Source of the DNA: an uncultured Bdellovibrionales bacterium
Lineage (GTDB): Bacteria; Bdellovibrionota; UBA1018; CAIPTA01
Direction of reading: 5' to 3'
Assembly: GCA_964416595.1 (NCBI GenBank)
Contig: CAYQES010000004.1
Coordinates: 5,588 to 69,587 of the forward strand
Length of the DNA stretch: 64,000 nt
The notes beneath the pieces were generated by a model that had not been told where the DNA came from, did no database searches, and saw only the letters and a list, made by a program, of their open reading frames with translations. This document shows, piece by piece, positions 10,021 through 19,978 of this stretch (position 1 is the stretch's first letter; every line of letters begins with the position of its first letter). The position numbers and the translations under genes were made by a program.

Positions 10021-10879
10021 TTTTAGCGATTTTTGCAAATCGCTGCTGGTTCCAATGGCAAGCATCAGCAGGCAAGATGTGTTGTTCGTCCACAATCCAA
10101 ATCAAAGTTTTCCCTGAGTGGAGAAAAGTTTCCGAATGATTAAAGCCTTGCTCCAGGGCAATTTGGTAAAAATCGGAAGTGGTATCGATCACGGTGGCTT
10201 TCCGCTTTTGCAATAAAAGGTTCGCTTCGGCTACCTCTAGGAAATCTCTTTCGTCTAGTTCCACTTCTTGGGCTTTGCGGTTCTGGGAAAATTCTAGGGA
10301 GTTAGGGCTAGCCAAATGCCGGCGGAAACGATCGCTCAACACATTTTTGGCCACAAATTGTAGCAACTCTTTGGCGTTGTCTTTTACTCCGCAGGTGAGG
10401 TGATCCACCAGAGTGCGGCCATAGGTGGTGTTGGAGCGGCCGAGGAAACTTACATCGCCCCCCTTCAGTACGGGGTGTACCCGGCCCGCTTCAGGTAGGA
10501 TGTAACTAAAACAAAGATCGCAAAAAAGAGCTTTGGCGAAGTCGTCATCTCCATGGAGGATGAGCCAGGAGCCCAAGGGAATTTCTAAATTCATATTTTG
10601 GATCGTGGGAGGCAGGCTAACGTTTTCAAAGCGGATAAGGCCGTCGTCCTTGTTTTTTAGTTGATGCAAAATCTCCGCCTTTCCCGTGGCGGGGCGTAGT
10701 TTTGCCGTAGATTTTTTCCATCCGAAGATCATGAAGCCCATTCCTCTTGAAGCGAACTGCAAGAGGTGAACCAGCGGCATTTTTTCTAAAAAAAAAGCAG
10801 GTGCAGCAAAAACACTTGAATTTATAGAGCATTTAATTTTTGCGTAGCGCCAATTGCAGGAATTCCTCCACAAAAACAA
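9974..10879 (-). CDS. hypothetical protein, possible degenerate (Walker-A-less) ABC-ATPase-like fold
   Basis: 301-aa ORF filling the pyrE-dsbD gap on the opposite strand. It has a weak ABC-like layout (ENVSL...LEIPLGSWLILHGDDDFAKA in place of GxSGSGKST; FSQNRKAQE in place of LSGGQ; TVIDTTSD in place of the Walker B). The start is uncertain. Confidence 0.35.
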   Translation of the reverse strand: MFLWRNSCNWRYAKIKCSINSSVFAAPAFFLEKMPLVHLLQFASRGMGFMIFGWKKSTAKLRPATGKAEILHQLKNKDDGLIRFENVSLPPTIQNMNLEIPLGSWLILHGDDDFAKALFCDLCFSYILPEAGRVHPVLKGGDVSFLGRSNTTYGRTLVDHLTCGVKDNAKELLQFVAKNVLSDRFRRHLASPNSLEFSQNRKAQEVELDERDFLEVAEANLLLQKRKATVIDTTSDFYQIALEQGFNHSETFLHSGKTLIWIVDEQHILPADACHWNQQRFAKIAKTSLSFQNGSRAGYLN

Positions 10880-10932
10880 GGAAGTGGTGTCAAGATGACT
10901 GGAGCCAATCGTGGCGGAATTACAAGGATTCT

Positions 10933-12957
10933 ATGGTGCGATCGATAGTTCTTCTTTGTTGGTTTTTGCTCCCACTCTTTGCGAGCGCGGAACCTAAAAG
11001 TACACCCCATGTACGTGCGCAGTTGTTGAGCGAAGAAGAATTTCTGCTGCCGGGAAAGAGCAACTGGGTTGGTTTGCAGCTGGAAATGCAGCCTCACTGG
11101 CATACGTACTGGAAGTTTCCCGGAGATTCCGGTTTGCCCACCACTGTGAAATGGCAGTTGCCGGAAGGTTGGAAAATTTCCGATGTCTACTGGCCGTTAC
11201 CAAGCCGAATTTTCATGCCGCCTTTAGTGAACTTTGGATTCGAGGGCGAAGCCTTGTTGGGTTTTATGCTCACACCACCTGCGGGAAGTTCGGGATCTTA
11301 TGAATTGCAGGCTAAGGCTTCGTGGCTCGTGTGCAAGGAAGAGTGCATTCCCGAGAGTGTAGATCTTCATTTGCGGGTGAGCGTAAAAGACGGGCAACCC
11401 AAAAAACGCACCGTGCTTTTTGAAAAATTGCGGCAGCAACAAGCCGTGCCTCCACCCCAAGGATCTTTTGTGGCCACTCATATGGAAGGCAAGCGCATCG
11501 GCTTAGCTTGGGAATTGGAAGAGGATTGGCTCTCGGGCACGGTGGATTTTTTTCCGTTGGTGGCGCAATTAGTAACGGGCGCGAAACGTCCGGAAGTGGT
11601 GAAAGAAAAAGGTCGCGCTATTGTTTGGCTGGATAAGGCCGAACCTTTTGCAAACCAAGAAAAAGAATTGCCGGGCATCTTAGTGGTGGGTGAAGGCCAC
11701 CAGCGCCGGGCCTACGAAGTGCGGGCGCCTTTGCCAGTGGTGGGAGCGGAAACTGTGGTGGCAGCCGAGGATACTACAGTGTGGCTGGCGATTCTTTTCG
11801 CTTTTTTAGGCGGAGTATTGCTCAACCTTATGCCCTGTGTGTTTCCTGTGTTGGGAATAAAGGTTTTATCTCTCGTTTCCCAAGGAGGCGAAGATCGCTG
11901 GCACGCTAGGAAGCACGGCAAAGTATATGGACTCGGCGTGCTTGTTTCTTTTTGGGTTCTGACGGGCATCTTGTTGCTCCTGCGATCTGCGGGGCAAGAA
12001 GTGGGTTGGGGTTTTCAATTGCAGCAACCAGGCTTTGTGTTGGTGTTGATCCTGCTCTTTTCATTGATGGCGGCCAATTTGGGAGGATTTTTTGAATTCA
12101 CGGGACGCTTCATGGGTTTGGGTTCAAACTTAGCAGCACGGGAAGGATATCTAGGCTCCTTCTTCACGGGAATTTTGGCCGTGGTGGTGGCCACTCCCTG
12201 CACGGCGCCTTTTATGGGCACCGCTATTGGTGTGGTGTTAACCCAACCGGCTTGGGCTGTGTTAGCGGTGTTTACGGCTTTGGCCATAGGTTTGGCCGCG
12301 CCCTTTCTTTTTTTGAGTTATCAGCCAAATTTAGTGAAATCTCTCCCGCGCCCTGGTCCGTGGATGGAGCGGGTGAAAGAATTTTTTGCCTTTCCTTTGG
12401 CGGCTACGGTGCTGTGGTTGTTCTGGGTGCTCGGAATCCAAATTGGTATCGACGGCTTGGTAGTGGCTATGGCCGGCTTGGTGCTGGTATTTTTCTCTCT
12501 CTGGGTGGGCCGCCGCTTTGCCGGAAAAGAAATGAAGGTTCTGGGTTGGTGTTTATTACTCGGCGGCTGCTTACTTACTGTTTCTAGCTTGCGCTGGCGG
12601 GGTAATGATTTGGGCGCCTCAGGGGCATGGCAGGTGTATTCGGATCAAGCCGTAGCAGAAGCCTTGGCAGCTAAGAAAAATGTGTTTGTGGATTTCACCG
12701 CCGCCTGGTGCCTCACCTGCCAAGTGAATAAAAGTTTGGTGCTTGAGCGTCCTGCGATGAAAAGTTTTTTCTTAGAAAAGGAAGTGGTGTTGTTTCGGGC
12801 TGATTGGACAAACAGCGATCCCCACATCACCAAAGCCTTGGAGCGCTACGGGCGTATCGGTGTTCCGCTCTATTTGGCGTTTCCTGGGGGCCGTGAGAAA
12901 CCAGAAATTCTGCCGCAAATTTTGACAGAGAAAATTGTGCGTGAAGTATTTCCCTGA
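10933..12957 (+). CDS. dsbD: thiol:disulfide interchange protein DsbD
   Basis: Signal peptide (MVRSIVLLCWFLLPLFASA), a multi-TM core with conserved Cys pairs (LMPCVFPVL; ATPCTAPF) and a C-terminal thioredoxin domain (FTAAWCLTCQ). Start chosen at ATG 10933 rather than the ORF-track 10840. Confidence 0.8.
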   Translation: MVRSIVLLCWFLLPLFASAEPKSTPHVRAQLLSEEEFLLPGKSNWVGLQLEMQPHWHTYWKFPGDSGLPTTVKWQLPEGWKISDVYWPLPSRIFMPPLVNFGFEGEALLGFMLTPPAGSSGSYELQAKASWLVCKEECIPESVDLHLRVSVKDGQPKKRTVLFEKLRQQQAVPPPQGSFVATHMEGKRIGLAWELEEDWLSGTVDFFPLVAQLVTGAKRPEVVKEKGRAIVWLDKAEPFANQEKELPGILVVGEGHQRRAYEVRAPLPVVGAETVVAAEDTTVWLAILFAFLGGVLLNLMPCVFPVLGIKVLSLVSQGGEDRWHARKHGKVYGLGVLVSFWVLTGILLLLRSAGQEVGWGFQLQQPGFVLVLILLFSLMAANLGGFFEFTGRFMGLGSNLAAREGYLGSFFTGILAVVVATPCTAPFMGTAIGVVLTQPAWAVLAVFTALAIGLAAPFLFLSYQPNLVKSLPRPGPWMERVKEFFAFPLAATVLWLFWVLGIQIGIDGLVVAMAGLVLVFFSLWVGRRFAGKEMKVLGWCLLLGGCLLTVSSLRWRGNDLGASGAWQVYSDQAVAEALAAKKNVFVDFTAAWCLTCQVNKSLVLERPAMKSFFLEKEVVLFRADWTNSDPHITKALERYGRIGVPLYLAFPGGREKPEILPQILTEKIVREVFP

Positions 12958-12982
12958 GACCCGAAAACGAAAAGGAGAGAAA

Positions 12983-13576
12983 ATGAAAGTTGTTCCCTAT
13001 GTACTAATGTGTTTATTAGCTCCCATGGCTGCGTTCGCAGTGCAAACCGGCAGCCCGGCCCCGGATTTTTCCGTGATGGATAGCAGTGGAAAAACCGTAA
13101 AACTTTCCGACTACAAAGGCAAAACCGTTGTGCTCGAGTGGCTAAACCACGGCTGCCCTTTTGTGAAAAAACACTACGAAAGCCACAATATGCAAGACTT
13201 ACAAAAGAAATACACCGGTAAGGGCGTGGTATGGCTTTCCGTGATCTCTTCGGCTCCGGGCAAACAAGGCCACGGGGATGGTGCCAAAGTGGAAGAGGAA
13301 AGAAAAAAATTGCACGCCAATCCCACAGCGATTTTGCTCGATGAAAAAGGTGTTATGGGTAAAGCCTATGGCGCAGAGACCACGCCCCATATGTTTGTGA
13401 TCAGTAAAGATGGCAAGCTTGTGTACCAAGGCGCCATCGATGATAAACCTTCCACGGAAAAAGAAGACGTGAAGGTGGCAAAGAACTATGTGAGCGCCGC
13501 CCTCGATTCTACTTTGGCCGGCAAGCCCGTGGCTGTAGCGCAGACCAAGGCGTATGGCTGCTCGGTGAAGTACTAA
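12983..13576 (+). CDS. periplasmic thioredoxin-fold redoxin (AhpC/TSA or TlpA-like)
   Basis: ATG 12983 is preceded by AAGGAGAG. It has a signal peptide, then PAPDFSVMDSSGKTVKLSDYKGKTVVLEWLNHGCPFV (redoxin family). It lies immediately downstream of dsbD. Confidence 0.65.
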   Translation: MKVVPYVLMCLLAPMAAFAVQTGSPAPDFSVMDSSGKTVKLSDYKGKTVVLEWLNHGCPFVKKHYESHNMQDLQKKYTGKGVVWLSVISSAPGKQGHGDGAKVEEERKKLHANPTAILLDEKGVMGKAYGAETTPHMFVISKDGKLVYQGAIDDKPSTEKEDVKVAKNYVSAALDSTLAGKPVAVAQTKAYGCSVKY

Positions 13577-13635
13577 GTCATTTTTCTCGGCGGGAGTGCT
13601 GCTTTACAGTCATGTAGCAGTGGTTCAAATGGCAA

Positions 13636-13663
13636 ACCGCAACATGGGGCGCCCCATGTTGCG
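13636..13663. terminator. 28-bp perfect palindrome (CCGCAACATGGGGC|GCCCCATGTTGCGG) between convergent genes
   Basis: Read directly from sequence. It sits between the redoxin stop (13576, +) and the nadB stop (13673, -). There is no T-tract, so it may be a factor-binding site rather than an intrinsic terminator. Confidence 0.4.
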
Positions 13664-13672
13664 GAGCGATGA

Positions 13673-15289
13673 TCACAAAACCGTATCGCGCTTAAACAGC
13701 AAATCGTTCACTTCTGGATAATCGATGTTTTGATGCAAGCCCCGGCTTTCTTTTCGCGCTTGGGCCGAGGTAACAATCAACTCCGCCACCGTGATCAAAT
13801 TTCGTAGCTCCACCAAATTTTTATGGATTTTCCGCTCCCAATAGCACTGGTTGATCTCTTGTTTTAAAAGTGCAATTCGGTGGGCAGCATGTTCTAAACG
13901 CCGGTTAGAACGCACAATGCCCACATAGTTCCACATCACTGTGCGGAGCTCATCCCAGCTGTGGGAAATGATCACTTCTTCTTCGTCTTCTTTGGCGAAA
14001 CCCGGATTCCAGGGAGGAATTTCTTTGGAGGGAAAATCCCGCAAAGCCCGTAAAGCTTCTGTGGCATGCAAAGCAGCCCGCTGGGAATACACAGCTGCTT
14101 CCAAAAGCGAATTAGAGGCCAAACGGTTTGCTCCGTGGAGGCCCGTATGGCTCGCTTCGCCACTCACATAGAGGCCCAAGATGTTTGTGCGTCCGTATTC
14201 ATCACTCATCACTCCGCCGCAGGTGTAGTGGGCGGCGGGCACCACGGGCACGGGCTCCCGCGTGAGATCAAAACCAAAACGGGCACAAGTGGCGGTGTTA
14301 TGGGGGAAATGGCTTTGCACAAACTCGGCGCCTTTATGGGAAATATCGAGGTACACACATTCATCCCCCCGTCTTTTCATTTCCTTATCGATCGAAAGGG
14401 CCACCACATCCCGGGGCGCAAGCTCCATATCCTGGTGGTACTTAGCCATGAAACGCTCGCCCGCTTTATTCACTAAATAAGCGCCTTCGCCTCGCAAGGC
14501 CTCGCTGAGCAACGCGCTTTTGGCTTCCGGATGGTAGAGGCAAGTGGGGTGGAATTGGATGAATTCCATATTGGCCACCTGGGCACCCAAACGATGGGCC
14601 ATGGCGATGCCATCACCCACGGAGGTGTCTGGGTTCGAAGTGTATTTATACACTTTGCCGGCGCCGCCGGTGGCGATCATGGTGATGGCGGCGCGCACGG
14701 AATAAACAGAATTAGTTGGTATGTGCAAAAGATAAGCACCCAAGCAGCGAGCGCCGAGGTTAGAACGAATGCGGGCAAGTTTATGATCCGAAACTAAATC
14801 GATGGCGATGGTTTCCGTGGCGAGTTCAATCTGTGGGTTAGCGCGGGCTTGGCGAATCAAAGCTTCCATGATCGCCCGGCCCGTGTGATCGGCCACATGC
14901 AAAATCCGTCGCCGCGAATGGCCGCCCTCTTGGGTGAAATCGTATTGGTCCTGGTGGCCTTCCCTGCGAGTGAATTGCACGCCACGGCGAATGAGATCCT
15001 GCACCCGATCGGGGCCTTCGGTTACAACGAGTCGGATGGCTTCTTCTTTGGCAATGCCACCGCCGGTGCGCAAGGTATCCTGAAAATGGGCTTCCACATC
15101 ATCGCCCTCATTCATCACGGCGGCGATTCCACCTTGGGCCCATTGGGTAGCGCTTTCGGCTAAGTCCGCGGATTTGGTTACCACCAACACCCGGGCGCTG
15201 GGGTTGCGTTCGGCGAATTCCAACGCGAAATTGAGGCCGGCTATGCCGGAGCCAAGAACGAGAGCATCAACCTGTTTTGCCGATTGCAT
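13673..15289 (-). CDS. nadB: L-aspartate oxidase
   Basis: N-terminal FAD motif DALVLGSGIAGL, then the fumarate-reductase/succinate-dehydrogenase flavoprotein fold (RSHTVAA-like ...HTGLHGANRLASNSLLE). Confidence 0.85.
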   Translation of the reverse strand: MQSAKQVDALVLGSGIAGLNFALEFAERNPSARVLVVTKSADLAESATQWAQGGIAAVMNEGDDVEAHFQDTLRTGGGIAKEEAIRLVVTEGPDRVQDLIRRGVQFTRREGHQDQYDFTQEGGHSRRRILHVADHTGRAIMEALIRQARANPQIELATETIAIDLVSDHKLARIRSNLGARCLGAYLLHIPTNSVYSVRAAITMIATGGAGKVYKYTSNPDTSVGDGIAMAHRLGAQVANMEFIQFHPTCLYHPEAKSALLSEALRGEGAYLVNKAGERFMAKYHQDMELAPRDVVALSIDKEMKRRGDECVYLDISHKGAEFVQSHFPHNTATCARFGFDLTREPVPVVPAAHYTCGGVMSDEYGRTNILGLYVSGEASHTGLHGANRLASNSLLEAAVYSQRAALHATEALRALRDFPSKEIPPWNPGFAKEDEEEVIISHSWDELRTVMWNYVGIVRSNRRLEHAAHRIALLKQEINQCYWERKIHKNLVELRNLITVAELIVTSAQARKESRGLHQNIDYPEVNDLLFKRDTVL

Positions 15290-15344
15290 GGGGAGCTTGT
15301 ATAATAACCCAGGGTAGAGTGGAATAGTGCAAGGAGGGCTCTAG

Positions 15345-16919
15345 ATGCGTAAACCCATATTGTTCTTGGGAGTGGGATTTCTAGCGCTGGCTAGCTTGTT
15401 CTTTTATGCGGAGCATAATCGGCGGGAAACCCAAGAAATGGAAGCCCAGAAGGCCATTGAAGAGGTATTACGGGCCCAAAACCAATCTTTAGCGGCTCAG
15501 TTGGCCGATAGTTTTTCCCGGGTGGATCGGGATGCCCTGGGCGCCTTCCTTCGCAAAAAGAAAGCCGCCGGCTTTGTGACAGACACCGCTTTAGCTGAGC
15601 CCCAGGCGCCCAAATGGATCATTGTGGGCGAACAAAAGCTGCGGGCCGCGGGTGTGGTGGATGATGCGCTTTTAGAAGACGCTCTCGCCAAGCATCTCTT
15701 GGGCAATAAAAAGCTCGCACTCTATCCCACTAAGGGTAAATATTTTCTATTTGTGAAAGGCTCCGTGAATGGCGAAGTTTACGCCGCCGCTTATGCGCCG
15801 GAAGTCTTTTTCTCGGCCTTTCGCGCGAGTGGCGGAATTCGCACTTGGTTGGTCTTGAAAGATGGCACAGTAATCTACCATCCGAATTTCCGTTTTATTG
15901 GTTCCAATAGCGCGAATCTAAAACCCGTGGCTGCGGGCATTCGTGGTCTCAATGCAAATGATGGCTCTCTCTTTGTGCGATCCTATCTGAGCTTGGAAGG
16001 CAATCAAACCGTGGGTGCTTGGACACCCTTGCCGATCCTTGATCTTTTAGTGGGCAGCGAATGGGTGGATATGCCCGCCGCTTCCGCCACTTCCTTATTT
16101 TTCTGGTTGGCCGTGGGTGGTGCAATCTTAGGAGCGTTGGCTTTAGGTTGGGCCTTGAACTTTCGATTGCAGCCTAGGGAAGTAAAAGCGTTCGACGAAA
16201 GCCGCCTCGACCAAGACGCCATGGATTACCTTGAAGGCGCCCGCCACACGGCAGAGCAAGCTCTGGCTTTAGCTGAAGAACGCCAACAGCAGCTGGACGC
16301 CATGTTGTCTGAAAAACGGGAAGACTCTGAACGCCAGGGAGAAATGGAGTGGCGGATCGCAGTGCTGCAGGAATTCCAGGAGAAAATCCTGCCGAAGGTA
16401 ACGGGAAAACAGGTATGGAGTGAGCTCTGCCAGCTGATCACGAGCCGCTCGCCCGGATTATCCGCCGTGTTCTATCGTTATTCCCCCTCTTCGTTCTCGC
16501 TGGTACCGGAAACTTTGCATGGCAAACAAGAATTGCCCGAGAGCGCCCAAGCCTATTTTCGGGATGCGCGCATTTTCATCGGCAATCCGAGCTTCTTGCC
16601 CCGTTTATTGGAAACGGAAGCCTTCCAGCAGTGGAACGCAAAGAGGGAGCGTCATATGCCCTTGCACCAGACAGATTTCCGCGCCTTTGCGATCCAATGT
16701 GCCGGGGTTCGGGGCGCTATTCTGTTGTATTTTGATCGTCGCATGAATGCCCAGGGCGAAATGGAAAATGCTCTAGATCTTTCCCTTTACCTGGCGGAAC
16801 GAACAGCTACGTTTTGCGATAGCTTGGGGCACTTGCTACAATCTCTCTATGCAAAGGGAAGCGCCTGGCACATGGCAAGTTCGGCAAACCACGCTGGAAA
16901 TCGATCTCAGCCTACTTAA
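15345..16919 (+). CDS. hypothetical two-TM membrane protein with periplasmic sensor-like domain and cytoplasmic coiled-coil/GAF-like region; no output domain
   Basis: TM1 at residues 5-22, a ~230-aa extracytoplasmic segment, TM2 (LFFWLAVGGAILGALALGWAL), then a Q/E-rich coiled coil and a ~150-aa alpha/beta region. Domain assignment is weak. Confidence 0.45.
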   Translation: MRKPILFLGVGFLALASLFFYAEHNRRETQEMEAQKAIEEVLRAQNQSLAAQLADSFSRVDRDALGAFLRKKKAAGFVTDTALAEPQAPKWIIVGEQKLRAAGVVDDALLEDALAKHLLGNKKLALYPTKGKYFLFVKGSVNGEVYAAAYAPEVFFSAFRASGGIRTWLVLKDGTVIYHPNFRFIGSNSANLKPVAAGIRGLNANDGSLFVRSYLSLEGNQTVGAWTPLPILDLLVGSEWVDMPAASATSLFFWLAVGGAILGALALGWALNFRLQPREVKAFDESRLDQDAMDYLEGARHTAEQALALAEERQQQLDAMLSEKREDSERQGEMEWRIAVLQEFQEKILPKVTGKQVWSELCQLITSRSPGLSAVFYRYSPSSFSLVPETLHGKQELPESAQAYFRDARIFIGNPSFLPRLLETEAFQQWNAKRERHMPLHQTDFRAFAIQCAGVRGAILLYFDRRMNAQGEMENALDLSLYLAERTATFCDSLGHLLQSLYAKGSAWHMASSANHAGNRSQPT

Positions 16920-17985
16920 ACAAAATTATTCCCGTTTGCTGAAGCGAGCAAAAGGGGCGGAGCTAATGGTAGTGCTAAAAAGCAATGCCTATGGCCATTC
17001 CCATCGGGAAGTTTCCCGTTGTTTGGAGGAGCTGGATCCGAGTTCCCGCCTCCACGGCTATGGGGTGGCTACTGTGGAAGAGGGCATTGAACTTAGGCGG
17101 GAAGGCATCCGCCGGCCGATCTATGTGCTCTCCGGCATCCAGCACTATGATGAAGATCTCCATCGTTGTTTGGAAACCTGCGATCTCATCCCTGTGTGCT
17201 CTTCGATTTCGGTTTTAAAACAGATTTGTGCTGTCACAAAAAAAATGGAATCTGCTCGCACTTTGCATTTGAAATTTAATACGGGCATGAATCGTTTAGG
17301 CATTGATGCACAAGAGCATGCCGAATGTTTGCAGCTCGTGCGTGCGCATCCATTGGTAAAAGTAGAAGGATTGATGAGCCATTTTGCGGCGGCAGAAAAT
17401 CCCAAACTTCCTCTCACAAAAAAACAGGTGAAAAATTTTCGGGCCTTGGTGCAGGAGTTTCATGCAGCAGGCATCCAACCCCGTTATCTCCATATGGCTA
17501 ATTCTTTTGGCTTGGCAGGGCACTTATTTCCAGAAGGAAATTTGGCGCGGGTTGGTTTGCATCTCTATGGTTTTGGGGATCCGGAGATGCGGCCCGTAGC
17601 CCATTGGACAGCCCAAGTGTACCAAGTGCGTGAATTAAAAAAAGGTGAACCCGTTGGTTATGGCAGCCGTTTTCGCGCGAAAAAGAAAATGCGTATGGCG
17701 GTGCTGGGAGTAGGTTACGGGGATGGCTACCGCAGGATTTTTTCTAATCGCGCCGAAGTTTTATTAAAAGGCAAACGCTGCCCAGTGATTGGCTCCGTGA
17801 GCATGGATCTTACGGCTATTGATGTTTCAGCCGTGAAGCATGTTTCTTGTGAGGATCGGGCCGTGCTCCTTGGCAAGGATGGAAAAGATTCCATTACTGC
17901 GGAAGAACTGGCCGATCACGCAAAAACGATTTCCTGGGAGATTCTCACGGGCATCTCTCCTAGAGTGCCCAGGGTGTTCAAATGA
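16849..17985 (+). CDS. alr: alanine racemase
   Basis: LEIDLSLLKQNYSRL, then the PLP-lysine motif VVLKSNAYGHSH, C-terminal GYGDGY and CMD.T. There is a 70-nt overlap with the upstream gene. Confidence 0.8.
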   Translation: MQREAPGTWQVRQTTLEIDLSLLKQNYSRLLKRAKGAELMVVLKSNAYGHSHREVSRCLEELDPSSRLHGYGVATVEEGIELRREGIRRPIYVLSGIQHYDEDLHRCLETCDLIPVCSSISVLKQICAVTKKMESARTLHLKFNTGMNRLGIDAQEHAECLQLVRAHPLVKVEGLMSHFAAAENPKLPLTKKQVKNFRALVQEFHAAGIQPRYLHMANSFGLAGHLFPEGNLARVGLHLYGFGDPEMRPVAHWTAQVYQVRELKKGEPVGYGSRFRAKKKMRMAVLGVGYGDGYRRIFSNRAEVLLKGKRCPVIGSVSMDLTAIDVSAVKHVSCEDRAVLLGKDGKDSITAEELADHAKTISWEILTGISPRVPRVFK

Positions 17986-19970
17986 CAGCTGAAATTTTAT
18001 CCTGGCTCATTCGCGATAATACCAATGTGATCCGTGGCCCGTTTGCGCACAACGAAGTGTTGCAATTGATTAAGAAGGGCCAGCTCAAGGGCAAGGTGGA
18101 AATTTCCCAAGCCAATTCCTATTGGTTTGCCATCGAAGAGCAAGAAGAACTGGCAAAATTTTTTCCAGAATTAGGTTTAGAAGTAAAAGAACAGCAAACG
18201 CAGATGACCGCGACCCTCAACCAAGCGGAACAATCAGTGGATATGACTCAGTTCACTTCAGTGCCAACAACTGAAATAAAAATCGACGAGGATTTGCTTT
18301 CTTCGGCCTCTGGCCAGATGCAATGGCTGAATGAAGAAGTGGCCATGGAATTTGGCGAGGACGAAACAGGCAGCACCCAAGCCACCCAAGAGATGATGCA
18401 GCGGGCATCCGTGAAGGCGGATACTTTGCCCAGCGAATTTAAAAGTGCTCAAGGGGAACGGCCAAAGCCCATGGATGCCGTATTAAAAGCGCCAGAAAAA
18501 GGCGCCTCAGCCTATCGGCAGGGCCAATCTAATATGGTGCATATTCCCTTAGATCGGGCCGAGAGTGTTCCTAAAATGGTGCACGCAGGATCTGAAACTA
18601 ATGAGGGCGGGGGAAAGAAAAAGCTCATTTTCGCCCTGGTGGCGGTGGGCATAGCGGTGTTTGGTCTTGTGGAGTGGATGGGGGCGAAGCCCGCTAGCGT
18701 TCCTTTGCAAACCAAATCTCATTTAGTTAATGGCGATGCCCGCACGGCTTTGGAAAAGTCTTTGCTGCTCTATAATTTAGAGGGCGCCAAAGAGGCCTTG
18801 GCCGAGTGGGAAATGAATCCCCTGTCTAAAGGGCAAGTAGCCTTGCCTATAGCTGTAGCTCTGATTAAAAAAGAATTTTTATTCGATACAGATGGCGCTT
18901 TGCTCTCGTTGCAAACCGCAAAATCTTTGGCCAAGGGAAATTCTTTAGAGCCAGAAGTGGATAATCTTATGGCCAACTATTCTTTCGAGCGGGATAAGAG
19001 CGATTCCCTCGCGGAATTTCGCCGGCTATTTGCGGCGCAGCCTGCGAACCAAGTTTTTCATTACAATTTAGCTTTGGCCCTATTGCGCAATGGCTTGGCG
19101 GCAGAAGCCTCGCGTTCGGCCGCGGCGGCGAATGTGGGGAAAGATCCCTTGGTAGCGGATTTTGCGATCCTTGCTGGCTGGGCGAAGGAAGTAGCTAGCG
19201 GTGGTAATGATCCTTCTGCGGAAGCCGCTTATGCCAAGGCCTTGGAGCATGTGCCCTATTCCGCTAAGGCCCGCCTTGGCCTCGGCATTTATCATTTACG
19301 AAAGGGGGGAATGCGGGCGTCGGAAGCGGATTTCCGGGCATTCCTGGATGCTTTGCCCGAGCTAGATCCTCCCACCCAAGTAACAAATTTTCGTAAAATG
19401 GCGGACACTGAGTTTTATCAGTTTGCCCGGGCCCAGCTCAGGGAGTTGAATGTGCCCTTGGGAGCTGCGGGCAATAAACCTTCCCCTTTGGTGATGGCTG
19501 TGGACGCTGTGCTCTCCTGCTTGCAAAATCGCACGGGCGAAGCAGGTAAGATTTTAGAAGGCGCGCTATCGGCGGCACCGGGCGATCCCCATTTGCTGAA
19601 AGCCGTGGGTTATCACCGTTGGAAAGAAGGGCGTTACCAGGAAATTATTGATCTCTTGAAAGAGATCCCTAGAGAAAAGCAAGGTTTTGCGATTGGTTTT
19701 TTATTGGCAAAATCTTATGGCAAAGTGGGCCGCTTAGAAATAGCGGAAAAATATTTAGAAGCTCTTACAGCTTCCCACCCCCAACGGAGCGATGGTTGGT
19801 CGCTCCTCGGCAGCGTGCAGCTCCAGAGAGGAAAAAAGGATTTGGCGATAAAATCTTTGTCCAAGGCCTTGGAGCAAGACTCTTTTGATCTTTTGGCCCT
19901 GCGGGGCCTCGACCATTTGGGGCAGGGTAAGGTATTGTCCCCCGAACTGGCTCGCAATCTTCCTTTCTAG
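17982..19970 (+). CDS. GYF-like (DUF4339-type) N-terminal domain / single-TM / TPR-repeat protein
   Basis: The start overlaps the alr stop (ATGA). The N-terminus WLIRDNTNVIRGPFAHNEVLQLIKKGQL...SYWFAIEE resembles the N-domain of the 7800..8609 PilZ protein. There is a TM helix (LIFALVAVGIAVFGLV), and the C-terminal ~400 aa are TPR-like helical repeats. Confidence 0.55.
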   Translation: MTAEILSWLIRDNTNVIRGPFAHNEVLQLIKKGQLKGKVEISQANSYWFAIEEQEELAKFFPELGLEVKEQQTQMTATLNQAEQSVDMTQFTSVPTTEIKIDEDLLSSASGQMQWLNEEVAMEFGEDETGSTQATQEMMQRASVKADTLPSEFKSAQGERPKPMDAVLKAPEKGASAYRQGQSNMVHIPLDRAESVPKMVHAGSETNEGGGKKKLIFALVAVGIAVFGLVEWMGAKPASVPLQTKSHLVNGDARTALEKSLLLYNLEGAKEALAEWEMNPLSKGQVALPIAVALIKKEFLFDTDGALLSLQTAKSLAKGNSLEPEVDNLMANYSFERDKSDSLAEFRRLFAAQPANQVFHYNLALALLRNGLAAEASRSAAAANVGKDPLVADFAILAGWAKEVASGGNDPSAEAAYAKALEHVPYSAKARLGLGIYHLRKGGMRASEADFRAFLDALPELDPPTQVTNFRKMADTEFYQFARAQLRELNVPLGAAGNKPSPLVMAVDAVLSCLQNRTGEAGKILEGALSAAPGDPHLLKAVGYHRWKEGRYQEIIDLLKEIPREKQGFAIGFLLAKSYGKVGRLEIAEKYLEALTASHPQRSDGWSLLGSVQLQRGKKDLAIKSLSKALEQDSFDLLALRGLDHLGQGKVLSPELARNLPF

Positions 19971-19978
19971 AGGTTCCC

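Noticed and set aside
16975-17523. Several 62-90-aa ORFs on both strands inside alr
   Set aside because: They are internal to or antisense of a well-supported alanine racemase gene; no independent signals.
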